Position numbers and translations under genes: made by a program. From the sequence record SRR20825019_1354: DNA of 64,000 bases. One strand, written 5' to 3'. Numbering within the stretch: the stretch's first letter is position 1; each line of letters opens with the position of its first letter. The notes under the pieces are model-generated. The model worked only from the letters and a program-made list of their open reading frames with translations. It had not been told where the DNA came from and made no database searches. Of this stretch, positions 39,360 to 49,335 are shown one piece after another.

Positions 39360-40076
39360 GTGACCCGCATCTTCAGTAGACGCAAGCGCCCGGTTCTTGA
39401 GGCGATTGGACAGATCTTCATCGTCCTGTCGCTCCTAGGTGCTATTGCCTATGGTGCTGGTCTGTATCCGGAAGGCATCCTTTGGCAAGCGCTTGTAAAG
39501 ATGAGCGCTGTTGGGTTTCTCGTCCTGTTTGTTGGCATCAACCTGCGCACTTTCAGCCATCTTTTGCTTTTGCTTGCGCTGATCGGTTCTGTCGCCGGTG
39601 ATGTGTTGCTGGTTCTACCCCATGAGCAGGCCTTCCTGCGTGGCTTGATGGCTTTTGCCGCAGCCCATGCAATTTTTATCATCCTATATAGTGCGAACAG
39701 ACAGCGGCTCGGCGATGTTAGCAATACTCGCCTGCGCACAGCCGCCCTGTTGTGGGCTACGGCATTTATCGCCTGCTTCACGATGTATGAAAAACTGGGT
39801 GACCTCACGGTCTATGTGTTCGCCTACGCTGGCATCCTTACATTGATGGCAACAATGGCACTCTTAAGCAAATTCCCGCCCAAACTGGTCGGGTTTGGGG
39901 CCATTCTTTTTGTGGCATCAGACGCTGCGCTCGGCGCACGCCAGTTCCTGGATGTACCCGCTTATGTTGGGTATTTTGTCTGGATTAGCTATTATCTCAG
40001 CCAACTTCTGGTGACCTTGGGTGTGATGCTGACCGATGACCGGCCAGCCAGCTATGGTGGGTACCGATTTGACTAA
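39360..40076 (+). CDS. Lysoplasmalogenase, YhhN family
   Basis: AL..S..GD.LL, F..GL.AF..AH..F, GA.LF..SD, W.SYY..Q. Confidence 0.88.
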   Translation: MTRIFSRRKRPVLEAIGQIFIVLSLLGAIAYGAGLYPEGILWQALVKMSAVGFLVLFVGINLRTFSHLLLLLALIGSVAGDVLLVLPHEQAFLRGLMAFAAAHAIFIILYSANRQRLGDVSNTRLRTAALLWATAFIACFTMYEKLGDLTVYVFAYAGILTLMATMALLSKFPPKLVGFGAILFVASDAALGARQFLDVPAYVGYFVWISYYLSQLLVTLGVMLTDDRPASYGGYRFD

Positions 40077-40125
40077 TCGGGCATTTCCGCCCAAAAGGTG
40101 TCATTCGGTTTCAGGATAGAAGGTC

Positions 40126-41025
40126 ATGATTAAAGTGGACCACGATAAAAGAAAACTACAGAAAAAAGCCGCAACGCTTGTCGAGGCCCTGCCTTACATG
40201 CGCAAATATGCGGGTGAAACATTTGTCATTAAGTACGGCGGGCACGCCATGGGCGACCCCGCTCTTGCAAAGCAGTTCGCCCAAGACATCGTGCTGCTGA
40301 AACAGGTCGGCATCAACCCCGTGATTGTTCACGGCGGCGGCCCACAAATCGGTCAGATGCTGTCACGTCTCTCCATCGAAACCGAATTTGTTGACGGCCT
40401 TCGTGTGACCTGCAAGGCCACCGTTGAGGTTGCCGAGATGGTCCTGGGCTCCATTGGTAAATCCATTGTTGCTGATATCAACGAAGCGGGAGGACGGGCT
40501 ATTGGGCTATCTGGCAAAGACAGCTCAATGGTCACTGCAACCAAAATGGCGCGTACCAAGCGTGACCCGGATTCAAACATTGAGAAGGTCATCGACTTTG
40601 GTTTTGTGGGCGAACCGACAACGGTTGACCCGCGCATCGTCGAGCAATGCATCGAAAACGGTATCATCCCGGTTATCTCCCCCATCGCACAAGGGGAAGA
40701 CGGCAACACATACAACATCAATGCGGACACAATGGCGGGCGGTATCGCAGGTGCTTTACATGCACGGCGCTTCTTCCTGCTCACCGATGTGCCGGGGGTG
40801 TTGAGCAAAGAAAAAGAACTGCTGACCGAGCTTGACCGCAGTGACATCGAAGCGCTGGTGGAAGATGGTACCATTACAGGCGGCATGATGCCCAAGGTGG
40901 AAACCTGCCTGAGCGCTGTTGACCTTGGCGTGAAGGGCGCGGTTATTCTTGACGGTCGGGTCATGCACGCCATGCTGTTGGAAATCTTTACCGAGCGCGG
41001 TGCGGGTACCCTTATCCGACTATAG
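40126..41025 (+). CDS. argB: Acetylglutamate kinase
   Basis: VIKYGG.AM, VHGGGP, GLRVT, YNINAD, LTDV.G, GGM.PK. Confidence 0.97.
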   Translation: MIKVDHDKRKLQKKAATLVEALPYMRKYAGETFVIKYGGHAMGDPALAKQFAQDIVLLKQVGINPVIVHGGGPQIGQMLSRLSIETEFVDGLRVTCKATVEVAEMVLGSIGKSIVADINEAGGRAIGLSGKDSSMVTATKMARTKRDPDSNIEKVIDFGFVGEPTTVDPRIVEQCIENGIIPVISPIAQGEDGNTYNINADTMAGGIAGALHARRFFLLTDVPGVLSKEKELLTELDRSDIEALVEDGTITGGMMPKVETCLSAVDLGVKGAVILDGRVMHAMLLEIFTERGAGTLIRL

Positions 41026-41031
41026 GCGCTC

Positions 41032-42432
41032 TTATTGCCGCTTGTCCGGCCCAACCATCTGGCTTGGGTCGGTCCAACGTTCAAAATCTTCTTCTGACAC
41101 AAACCCAAGCTTGAGTGCCGCAGCTTTCAGCGTCGATTTTTCATCATTGGCCAGTTTGGCGATTTGCGCCGTTTTGTCATAGCCGATGTGTGGCACCAGC
41201 GACGTTGCCAGCATCAAAGAACCCTTGAGCAGCTCCTCCACCCGACCTTCATCCGGCACCAGACCTTCAAGGCAACGCTCCGTGAAACTCGCAACCGCGC
41301 TCGCAAGCAAGTTCAAGGCCTGCAGCACGTTATAGATAATCACCGGTTTGAACGCATTCAGTTCAAAATGCCCTTGGCTGCCCGCGATGGTGACCGTCGT
41401 ATGGTTACCCATCACCTGCGCGCACACCATGGTCAATGCCTCAGCCTGTGTGGGGTTCACCTTGCCCGCCATGATAGACGAACCGGGCTCGTTTTTGGGC
41501 AGGATCAATTCACCAATGCCGCCCCTCGGGCCGGATCCCATCAGGCGAATATCATTCGCTATTTTCATAAGCGCCACGGCGGCACCATTCAATACACCGG
41601 ACAGAGCGACCAACTCATCATGAGCACTGATGCCAGAGAACTTGTTTCTGGAAGGCTTAAACGCCATACCTGTATTAGCACTCAGGTAGTCACAAAAAAC
41701 AGCGGCGAAATCTTCATGGCAATTGATGCCAGTGCCAACGGCTGTGCCGCCCTGCGGCACCGCCAGCAGCCTTGGCAGCACATTATCTGCCTCGGTCAGA
41801 AGCGCTTCAATTTGCGCCTGATAAGCTGATAATACCTGACCAAATGTAATGGGCGTCGCGTCCTGCAGGTGTGTGCGCCCCAGCTTGATAATGTGCCCAA
41901 AACGCTCACGTAGGCCCGTGAGAGTGTCAATCATCCTCAAAAGCGCAGGCTTGAAACCTGACGCAACACCGGTAGCGCTTGCGATCAACATGGCCGTGGG
42001 GATCGTGTCGTTGGATGACTGCCCCATGTTGACATGATCATTTGGGTGCACGACATCTTTGGCGCCGCGCGCCCCCCCGAGCAGTTCCGCAGCACGGTTC
42101 GCGATCACTTCATTGGCGTTCATGTTGCTTTGGGTGCCGGACCCGGTTTGCCAAACGGGGAGAGGAAACTCGTCGTCAAGACGGCCCGCCACAATCTCGT
42201 CCGCTGCCGCTACAATCGCGTCCGCAATCTTACCCTCCAGCAAGCCCAACTTCTTGTTGGCCTGTGCCGCAGCCTTTTTCTGCTGCGCCAGTGCCCTGAT
42301 AAAAGGTGTGGGCATGCGTTCCGTGCCGATCGGGAAGTTCTGCAGGCACCGCTGTGTTTGCGCGCCCCATAGCCGCGACGCGGGAACGTCAATTTGCCCA
42401 ATCGAATCTGTTTCAGCCCGGGTTTTTGTCAC
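41032..42432 (-). CDS. fumC: Class II fumarate hydratase
   Basis: WGAQTQR, WQTGSGTQSNMN, HPNDHVN, GRTHLQDA, GSSIMAGKVNP. Confidence 0.96.
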   Translation of the reverse strand: MTKTRAETDSIGQIDVPASRLWGAQTQRCLQNFPIGTERMPTPFIRALAQQKKAAAQANKKLGLLEGKIADAIVAAADEIVAGRLDDEFPLPVWQTGSGTQSNMNANEVIANRAAELLGGARGAKDVVHPNDHVNMGQSSNDTIPTAMLIASATGVASGFKPALLRMIDTLTGLRERFGHIIKLGRTHLQDATPITFGQVLSAYQAQIEALLTEADNVLPRLLAVPQGGTAVGTGINCHEDFAAVFCDYLSANTGMAFKPSRNKFSGISAHDELVALSGVLNGAAVALMKIANDIRLMGSGPRGGIGELILPKNEPGSSIMAGKVNPTQAEALTMVCAQVMGNHTTVTIAGSQGHFELNAFKPVIIYNVLQALNLLASAVASFTERCLEGLVPDEGRVEELLKGSLMLATSLVPHIGYDKTAQIAKLANDEKSTLKAAALKLGFVSEEDFERWTDPSQMVGPDKRQ

Positions 42433-42505
42433 AGAAATGCTCCCGTCAATGAACGACCTTCACACTGCAAAGGCATAACACTCTTCACGCTATATTGGGA
42501 TGGCA

Positions 42506-43795
42506 CTAGGCCTGTTCAACAAAATAGCTCAGGTGCCAATCAAGTTCGTTCTCATCAATCGGGTATTTGTTGCCATCTTTTGCGCTCAGTAGCTGCGCTG
42601 TTGGCACAAGCGCATAACGGGTTTGCAACTCGTAGGCGGTGCGCATACCAAGGTTGGCCTTCCATGCTAACGCCGTGACCGCCCGGCCGCTTTTGGAATG
42701 AATAATCTGTCGTACCGTCGCCGCAGGGATGTCAGCCATTACAGCCAGGCACTGCAGCAAAAGCTCACGCCGGTTGGCTTCAACCTGTTCATGCACAAAC
42801 TTATCGTCCAGCATGCCCTTCTGGAAATATTCCAGCGCGCGCGCCGCCAACTTGGCTTCCTCATCATCACCCACACGCTCTTCGCTCAAACGGTCCCGCA
42901 CACGCTCAAGCAAATCTTCGGCCTGCTCTTCAGGCAGTTTGGCCTGCTCCATCATCGCATGCACAAGCGCCGACGCCACAAAACCGGCAATGCGCTTCAT
43001 TGCGCGGATGGAAAGCTGTGGCCGCAATGCAAGCGGCTCATGCAGCGCCTCAATCGAGGTTGCGTGGTCGATAATCTGGTCGAGGGTATCTTCCCTGATC
43101 TGCGCACTGGCATTTGCAAGCAAGGCCGCGATTGCGGGCACATCGAGCGAAGCCGCAACCTCGTCCGATATCTCCGCCGGCAGGTTCGAGCGACCAGCGA
43201 TCGCTTTAAGCGCGCCTTCGCTTACGCCCGCCGCGATAATCTCCCTGAGATCATCATCGTTCAAAAGAGGCGAATATTGCAGAATCGGGCCACACACGAT
43301 GGCTTCGACATCCCGCGCCAACCTATCGATCAGATCCTTGGGAACCTGATCGCTGCTTTTGATCTCGTCCGCTATAATGGCGCGCACTTTTGGCAGTTGG
43401 TCAGCCGCCAGTGTTTCAAGCACCTTGATTGCCTTTTCGCGCAAGGCTGTTTGTTCACCCGGCGCCAACCCAGGCACCAGTCGCCCAATTTTTCGGGCCA
43501 GTTCCTGACGCACTTCCTCATCATCATCAGAGATGAGTTTTTCTGCAGCTTGTATTGGTGTGGCTGGGTTTTGCGCGATGGCCTTGCGCACCTCTGGTGA
43601 GGCATCTTCCGCCAGATAATACAATACCTCGGGCCGGGCATCTTCCCGGAGCGCCAAAGCCTGCCGCTCACCCTGCGTGCCGCCCTGCAGGATTTGCTGT
43701 TCTTGCTCTTTGGTCAGCGTTGCAGGCAACCCTTTGCCGCCGCCATCCTTGGCTTTACCGCCTCCCCCCAAAAGCGATTTGAGCTTCCCGAGCAT
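42506..43795 (-). CDS. DUF2336 family (HEAT/LRV-like repeat) protein
   Basis: LA.D..PEVR..IA.N repeats, LA.DQ...VR, PIL..SP.L.D.DL, L.W.A; directly downstream of the DGC. Confidence 0.8.
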   Translation of the reverse strand: MLGKLKSLLGGGGKAKDGGGKGLPATLTKEQEQQILQGGTQGERQALALREDARPEVLYYLAEDASPEVRKAIAQNPATPIQAAEKLISDDDEEVRQELARKIGRLVPGLAPGEQTALREKAIKVLETLAADQLPKVRAIIADEIKSSDQVPKDLIDRLARDVEAIVCGPILQYSPLLNDDDLREIIAAGVSEGALKAIAGRSNLPAEISDEVAASLDVPAIAALLANASAQIREDTLDQIIDHATSIEALHEPLALRPQLSIRAMKRIAGFVASALVHAMMEQAKLPEEQAEDLLERVRDRLSEERVGDDEEAKLAARALEYFQKGMLDDKFVHEQVEANRRELLLQCLAVMADIPAATVRQIIHSKSGRAVTALAWKANLGMRTAYELQTRYALVPTAQLLSAKDGNKYPIDENELDWHLSYFVEQA

Positions 43796-43796
43796 A

Positions 43797-45494
43797 TTAC
43801 GCTTCCTCCACCACTACGTCGGTTTCATTTCTGGCGATCGCGACATCACCACGACCCGACCCTTTCACCTCATACAACACTGCATCTGCCTTGTCGGCAA
43901 GTTCAACAAACGAAAGATCAACACCAGGACGCGACTGACAAACCCCAATCGACGCGCCTAATTGCAGGTCTTCACCGCCGATAGCAGCCTTCACCTTTGG
44001 CATAAAGTCGAGCAGCGACCTGACCTTATCAGCCGCCTTTTCCGCCCGCATGTCCTCAAGCCATAAAACAAATTCATCGCCGCCATACCGTCCGGCGTAA
44101 TCACACGGCCGAATCATGTTTTGCATAACCTCCGCAACCATTTTGAGCGCGGTATCGCCTGCCTGATGGCCTAGTGTATCGTTCACTTCCTTAAAGTGAT
44201 CCAAATCAATAAAAACCAGGCAACCTGAAAGGTCTGTCCGGCATTGATGCTTAAGGCGCGCTTCCACGGTTTCTGCAAGTGCGCGACGATTAAGAAGGCC
44301 TGTGAGGTCATCTTTGCTGGAAAGCCGATACAGACGGTCGATAAGTTCTGCCTTGCTAAACGCAGCGGTGAGTACGCCGGCCACACCGTCCAGCAACTGC
44401 TTTTCCTGGTCTGACCAAGGGCTGACCTCGGTGTCGCGGCTGATAATCACCATGCCAAGCGCCTGCCCATTAAGGTCAAGCCGGATGCCAAGATGGGCTC
44501 GATTATCGCCCGCAATCACGCCCGCGCCGTTTTTGTCGTCAAACGAATGCCAGATGGTATCCAGATCCAAAATCTCGTGCCGAGAGCCCATGATGGATAT
44601 CGGCACCAAACCTTCATGATATTTGACGACAGCCCAAACCATGTCCGCCCGCAGCATTTCCTGAAGCGCTTCGGAGGCATTGTCCATCAGTTCCTGTGCC
44701 GTCTCCGAACTATTCAAGCTACTTGTGATGCGTTGCAGCAGTGTGAACCGCAGGCTGTCCTGCTTGGCCTTGCGCTCCGCCAGCAAGCGCGCGGTCATAT
44801 CGCGGCACGTACCCCGTAGCGAAACCCTATTTCCGGTTTTATCGAGCTGAGGGTGAACGGAAAAATGGAGCCAGCGCCGTTCCTGCCCTTCAAGCTGAAC
44901 GGGAACAGCGTCAAAATGGGCAGCAACTTTGGACGCAAACGGGTTACGCACGGGCGCATCCCCTTTTGGCCAGAAAAGCTGGCTTGCCGCACGCCCCAGC
45001 CACATTTCTGTTTTGAAACCAAAGGCCTCAACCGGTGTAATGAAGCGAATATTCTGGTCCGCGTCCACTTCAAATGCCACATCTACGGCGGAATCAAGCA
45101 GCTCCTTCAACAGAGCGCGACTTTTCATCAGCGCTTCTGTGACCTTGTCCGGCAACGTGGTATCCCGCCCGACGATGAGGCATCCATCACCCTCAGGTAC
45201 GGCAACCAACCAAAAGTTTGTCCCCGCCACACCTTCCAGCCGAGCGTCGCACGGCACGCGGGATGCCAGCGCCTTAGTGGCCAGGCTGTGAAGTGTCGGC
45301 TCATTCTCACGCCAAAGCTCGGCCAAAGCACCAGCATGAGCTGACTGGTCACATATTTTCCCATTCGCGTTGATGCGAATTGCGCAGCCTTCAGCAGAAG
45401 CCAAGCCGTTTGACCCACCTTGCTTTTTCCAGGACGCTACAAATTTCGCCAATGTGCTCACAAGACAAATTCCAAACCCAAGCAATGCCAACAA
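43797..45494 (-). CDS. PAS-GAF-GGDEF diguanylate cyclase (start uncertain)
   Basis: PAS-like segment ending RGTCRDMT, GAF-like region, D.LTGL.NRR, DLDHFK.VND..GH..GD, RPCD I-site five residues before GGDEF. Confidence 0.92.
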   Translation of the reverse strand: MLALLGFGICLVSTLAKFVASWKKQGGSNGLASAEGCAIRINANGKICDQSAHAGALAELWRENEPTLHSLATKALASRVPCDARLEGVAGTNFWLVAVPEGDGCLIVGRDTTLPDKVTEALMKSRALLKELLDSAVDVAFEVDADQNIRFITPVEAFGFKTEMWLGRAASQLFWPKGDAPVRNPFASKVAAHFDAVPVQLEGQERRWLHFSVHPQLDKTGNRVSLRGTCRDMTARLLAERKAKQDSLRFTLLQRITSSLNSSETAQELMDNASEALQEMLRADMVWAVVKYHEGLVPISIMGSRHEILDLDTIWHSFDDKNGAGVIAGDNRAHLGIRLDLNGQALGMVIISRDTEVSPWSDQEKQLLDGVAGVLTAAFSKAELIDRLYRLSSKDDLTGLLNRRALAETVEARLKHQCRTDLSGCLVFIDLDHFKEVNDTLGHQAGDTALKMVAEVMQNMIRPCDYAGRYGGDEFVLWLEDMRAEKAADKVRSLLDFMPKVKAAIGGEDLQLGASIGVCQSRPGVDLSFVELADKADAVLYEVKGSGRGDVAIARNETDVVVEEA

Positions 45495-45512
45495 TAAACT
45501 AGATTAAATACT

Positions 45513-45529
45513 GTTAAGGTAGATTTAAC
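45513..45529. promoter_or_regulatory. Perfect CtrA full site
   Basis: GTTAA-GGTAGAT-TTAAC, matching TTAA-N7-TTAAC on both strands, between the DGC and the nucleotidase. Confidence 0.75.
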
Positions 45530-45556
45530 AGTGATTTGCGCATAATTCTAAGACTT

Positions 45557-46249
45557 ATGTTGGATTATAAAAATCATAGCTTCCACCCGGCTTTCGATGA
45601 TGATCGAAATACCTGGGTATTTGACCTGGACAACACGCTCTATCCAGAGAAGTGCAACCTTTTCATGCAGATCGACCAAAAGATCGGTGAGTATGTACAG
45701 AATTTGCTGCGTCTGGACCCTGAGGAGGCGCGAAAAATCCAGAAAGGGTACCTTCTGGAACACGGCACCACGCTCAAGGGCTTGATGGCCAACCATAAGG
45801 TGGACCCATACCACTATCTTGACCATGTGCACGATATCGACTTCAGCCCGATTGCCCGTGACGACGCATTGCGTGAGGCACTTACCACCCTCAAAGGGCG
45901 CAAGATCGTTTTCACCAATGCTGACCTCCCCTATGCCGAGAAGGTACTCGAACGTCTTGGCATCGCGGATCAGTTTGAAGCCATCTTTGATATCCATGAA
46001 GCCGCGCTTGAGCCAAAACCGAAAAAAGATGTTTACGACAAGTTCGTGCATAAGTTCGACATCGACCCCAAGCGAGCGGTGATGTTTGAAGATATGGTGC
46101 GAAACCTGAAACCCGCACACGCCCTTGGCATGGCAACGGTCTGGATCAACACGGGCAGTGTTTGGGGGCAAGCAGACTATGATGCAGCCTTTGTGCATGC
46201 AGAAACGGATGAGCTCACCACCTGGCTGCAGGCTTTTTTAACCCGCTAG
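45557..46249 (+). CDS. Pyrimidine 5'-nucleotidase (HAD family)
   Basis: WVFDLDNTLY, GTTL.GL, FTNA, PKP, MFED..RNL; precedes dapD. Confidence 0.92.
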   Translation: MLDYKNHSFHPAFDDDRNTWVFDLDNTLYPEKCNLFMQIDQKIGEYVQNLLRLDPEEARKIQKGYLLEHGTTLKGLMANHKVDPYHYLDHVHDIDFSPIARDDALREALTTLKGRKIVFTNADLPYAEKVLERLGIADQFEAIFDIHEAALEPKPKKDVYDKFVHKFDIDPKRAVMFEDMVRNLKPAHALGMATVWINTGSVWGQADYDAAFVHAETDELTTWLQAFLTR

Positions 46250-46357
46250 GTAAGGAATTCTAGGGCATAGAGCGCCCAGGTTTGATTGACTTCACCCCCT
46301 TCGCCGCTATTGTTCTCGGGATTTTTCGCGAATATGCCGTAATGAGGATGCCCGCCC

Positions 46358-47203
46358 ATGTCTTATGCCCACCTTGAAGCCACCATCGATGCAGCGTTTG
46401 AAAGCCGCGATGAGATAAGCGCCCATACAAAAGGTGACGTACGCGACGCCGTTGAACAAGCGCTCAAGCTTCTTGATAGCGGTGAGTTGCGTGTCGCTTC
46501 CAAAGAAGGTGGCGCTTGGGTTGTTCACCAATGGCTTAAAAAAGCGGTTCTGCTTTCTTTCCGCCTCAACGACATGGCGATGATTGCAGGCGGCCCTGGT
46601 GAGAGCACCCACTGGTGGGACAAGGTGCCCAGCAAGTTTGAAGGCTGGTCTGCCAACACATTCCAGGCAGCAGGTTTCCGCGCCGTGCCGGGTGCCATCG
46701 TTCGTCATTCCGCGCACATTGCGAAAGGCGCTGTGCTGATGCCGTCGTTTGTGAACCTCGGTGCGTACGTTGGCGAAGGCACAATGGTGGACACATGGGC
46801 CACCGTGGGTTCCTGCGCACAAATTGGCAAAAACGTCCATATCTCAGGCGGCACTGGCATCGGCGGTGTGCTTGAACCGTTGCAGGCTGGCCCGGTGATT
46901 ATTGAAGATAACTGTTTTCTTGGCGCGCGGTCTGAGGTCGCAGAGGGTGTGATTGTCGAAGAAGGTGCGGTTATTTCCATGGGTGTGTTTATTGGTGCTT
47001 CCACCAAGATTGTTGACCGCGAAACCGGTGAGGTCTTCATGGGCCGAGTGCCTGCGTACAGCGTTGTGGTGCCTGGCACATTGCCAGGCAAGCCGCTCGC
47101 TGACGGCACACCAGGCCCTGGCCTCGCCTGCGCTGTCATTGTAAAACGGGTAGACGAGCGCACACGCTCTAAAACGTCGATAAACGACCTCCTCAGGGAT
47201 TAA
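46358..47203 (+). CDS. dapD: Tetrahydrodipicolinate N-succinyltransferase
   Basis: [47 protein letters not shown]. Confidence 0.98.
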   Translation: MSYAHLEATIDAAFESRDEISAHTKGDVRDAVEQALKLLDSGELRVASKEGGAWVVHQWLKKAVLLSFRLNDMAMIAGGPGESTHWWDKVPSKFEGWSANTFQAAGFRAVPGAIVRHSAHIAKGAVLMPSFVNLGAYVGEGTMVDTWATVGSCAQIGKNVHISGGTGIGGVLEPLQAGPVIIEDNCFLGARSEVAEGVIVEEGAVISMGVFIGASTKIVDRETGEVFMGRVPAYSVVVPGTLPGKPLADGTPGPGLACAVIVKRVDERTRSKTSINDLLRD

Positions 47204-47207
47204 TGTC

Positions 47208-48353
47208 ATGCTCACCCTCGATCCTGTCAGCCTGTCCCAGCATCTGATTCGCCGTGAAAGCGTTACGCCCGACAAAGGCGATGCGCTTGATTTTCTCGCC
47301 GGTGCGCTCACGACGCTGGGTTTTAAATGCCACAAACTGACCTTCGAGGAAGAAGGCACTGAGCCAGTTCCCAATCTCTATGCGCGCTTCGGCAGTGAAG
47401 GACCGAACTTCTGTTTCGCAGGTCACACAGATGTTGTGCCCGTAGGTGCCGCAGACCATTGGAGTGTTGCGCCTTTTGCAGCAGAAGTGCGGGACGGCCA
47501 GCTTTTTGGCCGCGGCGCCGCTGATATGAAGTCGGCAATCGCTGCATTTGTAGTAGCGGCTGAGCGTTTTCTGGCTAGCCGGGACACGCCGCCAAATGGC
47601 TCCATCTCGCTCCTGATTACCGGCGACGAGGAGGGCATGGCCATCAACGGCACCCGCAAGGTGCTGGATTGGCTTAACGAGCGCGGTGAAGAGGTCGACA
47701 TGTGCCTTGTGGGTGAACCCACCAACCCCACAGCTATGGGGCAAATGATCAAGATCGGGCGCCGCGGCAGCCTGCACGGCGTTATCACGGTTAAGGGCAC
47801 GCAAGGTCATGTGGCCTATCCGCACTTGGCGAAAAACCCGATCCCGGATCTCGTGAAGGTGCTTGCCACCCTTGAAGGGTCGTTGGATGAAGGCAATGCG
47901 AGCTTCCAGTCCTCCAACCTTGAAATCGTCAATATCGACATCGGCAACGAAAGCCATAACGTGATCCCCGCTGAAGCGAAATCCCGCTTTAACGTGCGTT
48001 TCAACAATGAATTCACGCCGGAAAGCCTGAAGGCGGAGCTAAGCCGACGCATGGACAGCGCGGGCGTGACCTATGAAGTTGATTGGTGGTTATCCGGCGA
48101 CAGTTTCCTCACAGAACGCGGCCCACTTTCGGATGCGGTTTCAAGCGCCGTGGAATCCCGCCTTGGCGTGAAGCCTGAACTGTCGACAACCGGGGGCACT
48201 TCAGATGCCCGCTTCATCAAGGACATGTGCCCCGTGGTGGAATTTGGCCTTGTAGGTGCCACCATGCACAAGGTTGACGAGCATGTGGCCGTTGCGGACA
48301 TTCATGCGCTCACAGACATATATGAAGACGTGCTCAAGCGGTTGATCGGATAA
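47208..48353 (+). CDS. dapE: Succinyl-diaminopimelate desuccinylase
   Basis: [46 protein letters not shown]. Confidence 0.98.
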   Translation: MLTLDPVSLSQHLIRRESVTPDKGDALDFLAGALTTLGFKCHKLTFEEEGTEPVPNLYARFGSEGPNFCFAGHTDVVPVGAADHWSVAPFAAEVRDGQLFGRGAADMKSAIAAFVVAAERFLASRDTPPNGSISLLITGDEEGMAINGTRKVLDWLNERGEEVDMCLVGEPTNPTAMGQMIKIGRRGSLHGVITVKGTQGHVAYPHLAKNPIPDLVKVLATLEGSLDEGNASFQSSNLEIVNIDIGNESHNVIPAEAKSRFNVRFNNEFTPESLKAELSRRMDSAGVTYEVDWWLSGDSFLTERGPLSDAVSSAVESRLGVKPELSTTGGTSDARFIKDMCPVVEFGLVGATMHKVDEHVAVADIHALTDIYEDVLKRLIG

Positions 48354-48419
48354 TAGTCCCCAATCCCACCTAAATTAATTCTAGTTTCGCGAGCATATGC
48401 GTGAGGCTATTGTCATCTC

Positions 48420-48606
48420 GTGGTTCACGGAAGAGTACAGGGGTGAAACCCCGCCGTCCCTACGGTTCTGCCCCAAAGGGGTCCCTGTAATGGCGTTGCG
48501 AGTGATCGCGCACCTTTCTTCTTTGAACCCAGCTCCCCTGAGCCCTGCCCAACAATCTCAGGCGCTCAAATAAAAGGGGCCCGCACCTCCCGCGGGCCCC
48601 TTTTTT
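48420..48606 (+). ncRNA. Candidate structured small RNA of unknown family
   Basis: Intergenic; nested stems, a GNRA-capped hairpin and a strong intrinsic terminator; possible -35/-10 (TTCGCG-N16-TATTGT) just upstream. Confidence 0.55.
48572..48606. terminator. Bidirectional intrinsic terminator
   Basis: AAAAGGGGCCCGC-ACCTCCC-GCGGGCCCCTTTTTT. Confidence 0.9.
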
Positions 48607-48625
48607 CAACTCAAGGCTCGGCTTG

Positions 48626-49012
48626 TTATTCGCCGCGTAGACCTGCGATATTGTCTTCCCAGTTGGCACCGTCAAACTCGCCAACAGTAAGCGAGTTTAC
48701 CGTCGCCATATCGATGCAATTTGTGTTGATCGACCAGCCATCAGGGTGGCTACGCGGCACATAAAAGGCCTTAACACCACAGGTGCTGCAAAACAGATGC
48801 CTGGCGGTGCCCGTATTGAAGCGGTAGTCGGTGAGGTTATCCTCGCCAGAGGTAATCCGGAACTCGGCCTTAGTGGCAAAATAGTGCACAAACCCGGTCA
48901 GCTTGCAGATGCTGCATGTGCAGCTTTTGGCTTGCAGGTCGGCCGGGGCGTCCAACTCGAAAGAGACAGCGCCGCAGTGGCAGCCGCCTTTATGGGTAAT
49001 ATTACCTGTCAT
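48626..49012 (-). CDS. GFA/CENP-V family zinc protein
   Basis: GGCHCG.V, CTCSIC, Y.FNT..A.H.FC..CG, PRS.P; true start at ATG 49012. Confidence 0.92.
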   Translation of the reverse strand: MTGNITHKGGCHCGAVSFELDAPADLQAKSCTCSICKLTGFVHYFATKAEFRITSGEDNLTDYRFNTGTARHLFCSTCGVKAFYVPRSHPDGWSINTNCIDMATVNSLTVGEFDGANWEDNIAGLRGE

Positions 49013-49331
49013 GACACTCCACCACTTTGCCAACCATGCGCTCAACACGGAAGACACCATCAAACTGCTTGTAAACCGGCGCGAAAGACCGGAACAAATC
49101 GCTTTTCTGGTACTCCTCCAGCGCCTGCCTGCTCTCAAAAGCATAAAGCGCCATAAAACCAAGCCAACCATCATCAGCTCGGTCTTCAAGCTCCACAAGT
49201 CGTGCCCACATGACGCCCGGCACCGATGCGACCTCAGCCACATGCCCACCCTTGAGCCAATTGATATAGACCTGCCCCTTTGTGGGGTCGACCCATACCT
49301 TCACCGCATATAATATCTCGTCCAGCATCAC
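49002..49331 (-). CDS. DUF4286/EthD-like dimeric alpha-beta barrel protein
   Basis: Y.V...V.......Y..WL...H..EV...PG...A and Y.FES..AL..Y pattern. Confidence 0.65.
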   Translation of the reverse strand: MMLDEILYAVKVWVDPTKGQVYINWLKGGHVAEVASVPGVMWARLVELEDRADDGWLGFMALYAFESRQALEEYQKSDLFRSFAPVYKQFDGVFRVERMVGKVVECHDR

Positions 49332-49335
49332 CGCA

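Noticed and set aside
42698-43600. Long antisense ORFs (e.g. 42698-43600, 19226-20014, 17732-18499, 40353-41108, 55693-56448)
   Set aside because: Shadow frames of well-supported genes in GC-rich DNA; no motifs or RBS.
48420-48606. FMN, cobalamin, lysine or glycine riboswitch, 6S RNA, tmRNA or tRNA-Sec identity for the structured RNA
   Set aside because: Only short look-alike words (GGGGTGAAA, CTGCCCC, CCCCTGAGCC). Required cores, tag peptide, T-loop/CCA and 6S rod shape are absent, and no same-strand gene follows.
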